Program-made: the position numbers and the translations under genes
Shown: piece after piece, positions 61,827 to 64,000 of the stretch
Layout: every line of letters begins with the position of its first letter
Position numbering within the stretch: position 1 is the first letter of the stretch
Assembly (NCBI GenBank): GCA_965153455.1
Contig: OZ234493.1
Span: 15,552,213-15,616,212 of the forward strand
From: Sphagnum compactum
Taxonomy: Eukaryota
Reading direction: 5' to 3'
Length of the DNA: 64,000 nt
The notes under the pieces: model-generated
Databases searched by the model: none
What the model was told of the DNA's origin: nothing
What the model saw: the letters and a program-made list of their open reading frames with translations, nothing else

Positions 61827-61946
61827 CGCAGAATCCTGCGCTCTCGTTTTCCCGTTCGTGTGTTTTCTAGCTCTCGGGCTCCGTTGTCTTGAGGCGTTTT
61901 TTTCCTTGGAAATTTGGAAAAAGAGAGAGGGAAAAAAGGAAACGTA

Positions 61947-62345
61947 ATGGCGAGTGTGGCTGCGCAAGCGACTCCGCGAGGCTCTTCATTGATAGCCGTG
62001 ATCGCGGATGAGGACACGGTGACGGGTTTCTTGTTAGCGGGAGTGGGGAATGTCGATCTTCGGCGCAAGACGAATTACTTGGTGGTGGATGCCAAGACGA
62101 CGGTGAAAGCCATCGAGGACGCGTTCAAGGAATTCACGACACGTGAAGACATTGCCATCATCCTCATCAGTCAGTACGTTGCCAACATGATCCGTTTCAT
62201 GATCGATAGCTATCAGAATCCCATTCCTTCCATTCTGGAGATCCCGTCCAAGGATCACCCTTACGATCCCAGTCAGGACTCCATTCTCTCACGAGTCAAG
62301 CACATGTTCTCCAGTGATCCCACAGGCTCCACTGATCGTGTGTGA
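61947..62345 (+). CDS. VHA-F: V-type H+-ATPase subunit F, 132 aa, intronless CDS
   Basis: LIAVIADEDTVTGFLLAGVGNVDLRRKTNYLVVD..IEDAFKEFTTREDIAIILISQYVANMIRF..IPSILEIPSKDHPYDPSQDSILSRVK; first ATG at 61947. Confidence 0.97.
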   Translation: MASVAAQATPRGSSLIAVIADEDTVTGFLLAGVGNVDLRRKTNYLVVDAKTTVKAIEDAFKEFTTREDIAIILISQYVANMIRFMIDSYQNPIPSILEIPSKDHPYDPSQDSILSRVKHMFSSDPTGSTDRV

Positions 62346-62694
62346 TGTTGTTGTTGTTGTTGGAATCAAAGCTTTTTGCATGATGATGCTGCATCATCAC
62401 GATCTTATTTTCTTCCCGTCTCTTGTCCGTCGCTTGAAAAAGTTGTGTACATGAGATGGAGAATTAGTTGAAAACGAAGAACAAGAGAGAGGGATTCGGT
62501 AGTGGCAATAGGAGGAGGACATCATCACTCTCTCAGAATCTCTCTCAGAGTAATGATGATGATGTTGCCAGTATAAAAAAATCTTCAATGTATTTTGTTA
62601 AGATACATAGTCATGTTGTTGCATCAGGCAATGGGATCTTTGGAGTTGGGATTGATTGAAGGGTTTGTACTCATGTTGCCTCATCTCAACAAAA

Positions 62695-62846
62695 GGATTT
62701 CTTGTTCACCTGTGTGTGGGAGTGGTGTGGGATTTCTTGTTCATCTGTGTGTGGGAGTGGTGTGGGATTTCTTGTTCATCTGTGTGCTGGAGTGATGTGG
62801 GATTTCTTGTCCATCTGTGTGCAGCAGCTGTGTGGATTTCTTGTTT
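62695..62846. repeat. Tandem repeat ~35-36 bp x4 downstream of VHA-F
   Basis: GGATTTCTTGTTCA(C/T)CTGTGTGTGGGAGTGGTGTG repeated. Confidence 0.9.
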
Positions 62847-64000
62847 ATTCATTGAAGACTTCCCCATACAGTTGCTGTAGTTTCTAATCAAAGAACCCTG
62901 GCTGCTGTAAACCTGACCAATTTGCCTCCAGTATGCTGAAGATAAATTCATGCCAGCAGCCACAATGGTTATGAGCATGATTGCTTCCTACTTAGCTTTG
63001 TTGCATGTTCTTTTTCATTTCTGTTGTGCCTTGGTGTAGATGCTTGCTTGTACATGGACAAGCAGAAATTAAATGAATCTTTTACCCTTACCTGCTTGTG
63101 CACCTTGAGCAAGGATGCTAAGGACTTTTTTTATTAGCACTGTCAGTTTGAGTGCTGGCTAACATTATGACTCAGCTTCCCATCGCGTTCAGAAATGTGA
63201 CAGAAACTGAGGACACCAATTTTAGTGGAATAGTTTGCTCGATAGTTTTGAGCAGATTATTGTATTTTTACATGCACCTGCAACTATTTGGATTCTAATC
63301 AGCTCAGAGCAATGGCAGCTAATTGCTGCCATTCATACTGTGTGAATGACAATGGTATGATTGCACTCATCCTCCATTTTTGTTTTGGTTGACCAGAACC
63401 AACATAACATTTATCTAGTGTGGGCTTTCTTCAGCAGTCTCATGGTTATGATCTTGTTGAAATGGGGATATGCAATGGGGTGTTGATCATAACCTGTATC
63501 TTCCCTTCCATTAGCACCAAAACTCTGTAGTGAACAGGCTAGTGGGACTTGTCACACACTGCACAAGTACTTGTGGGGTCTAAATCACTTAGTAATCATC
63601 TGTGATACTACATCCTTCACCACCAGTGTAGGTATGATATGTTGACTGTTCATCTTAAGTGATAGAACTTAGAACTGAATAGGAAGGAAAGCTATAATCT
63701 AGAAAAACACAAGCAGCATTGCTCGATTGGAGTGTTGTGGAAGAGACCCTCCATGTACATGTTGCCATGGATGTGTAGCACTCAAAGCTAATACATTGCT
63801 TGTATTGCTTACGAAAACTGGCTTGACTGATCATCACATCATCAGATTGGAGAGAATGGAGACATGCATATTTGATATTCTTGGAGACCAACAACCCAAG
63901 CTTAACTACTTGCTTCGTCATTAAATCAAAGCAAATAGTTTTGAGAAGTGTTTCTCAGTGCCCTACTCCCTATGCAAACTTGAAGTACATTCAGAAAGGA

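Overview
Eukaryotic nuclear DNA from a land plant. Intron-rich genes and the repeat landscape suggest a moss such as Sphagnum (inference). Seven apparently intact protein-coding genes: a Pumilio/PUF protein with a CCCH zinc finger (minus, runs off the left edge), membrin Qb-SNARE (minus, single coding exon), a SERAC1-like alpha/beta hydrolase (minus), a UTR5/SLC35B-type nucleotide-sugar transporter (minus), SAC8-type phosphoinositide phosphatase (plus, with one U12 AT-AC and one GC-AG intron), an NDT-type NAD+ carrier (minus, with uORFs) and V-ATPase subunit F (plus, intronless). There are also two unprocessed pseudogenes (CAF1/2 CRM-domain splicing factor; lambda GST), a decayed PIF/Harbinger transposon, a MITE, several minisatellites and a very AT-rich block. 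The most striking observation is a near-full-length, diverged 5S rRNA-like sequence in sense orientation in intron 5 of the nucleotide-sugar transporter. It retains helix I and II pairing and sits inside a candidate 196-nt stop-containing cassette exon. This resembles the P5SM 5S-mimic exon of plant TFIIIA, but in an unrelated gene. Exon coordinates were read by eye and homology calls are from memory of the families; no searches were run.
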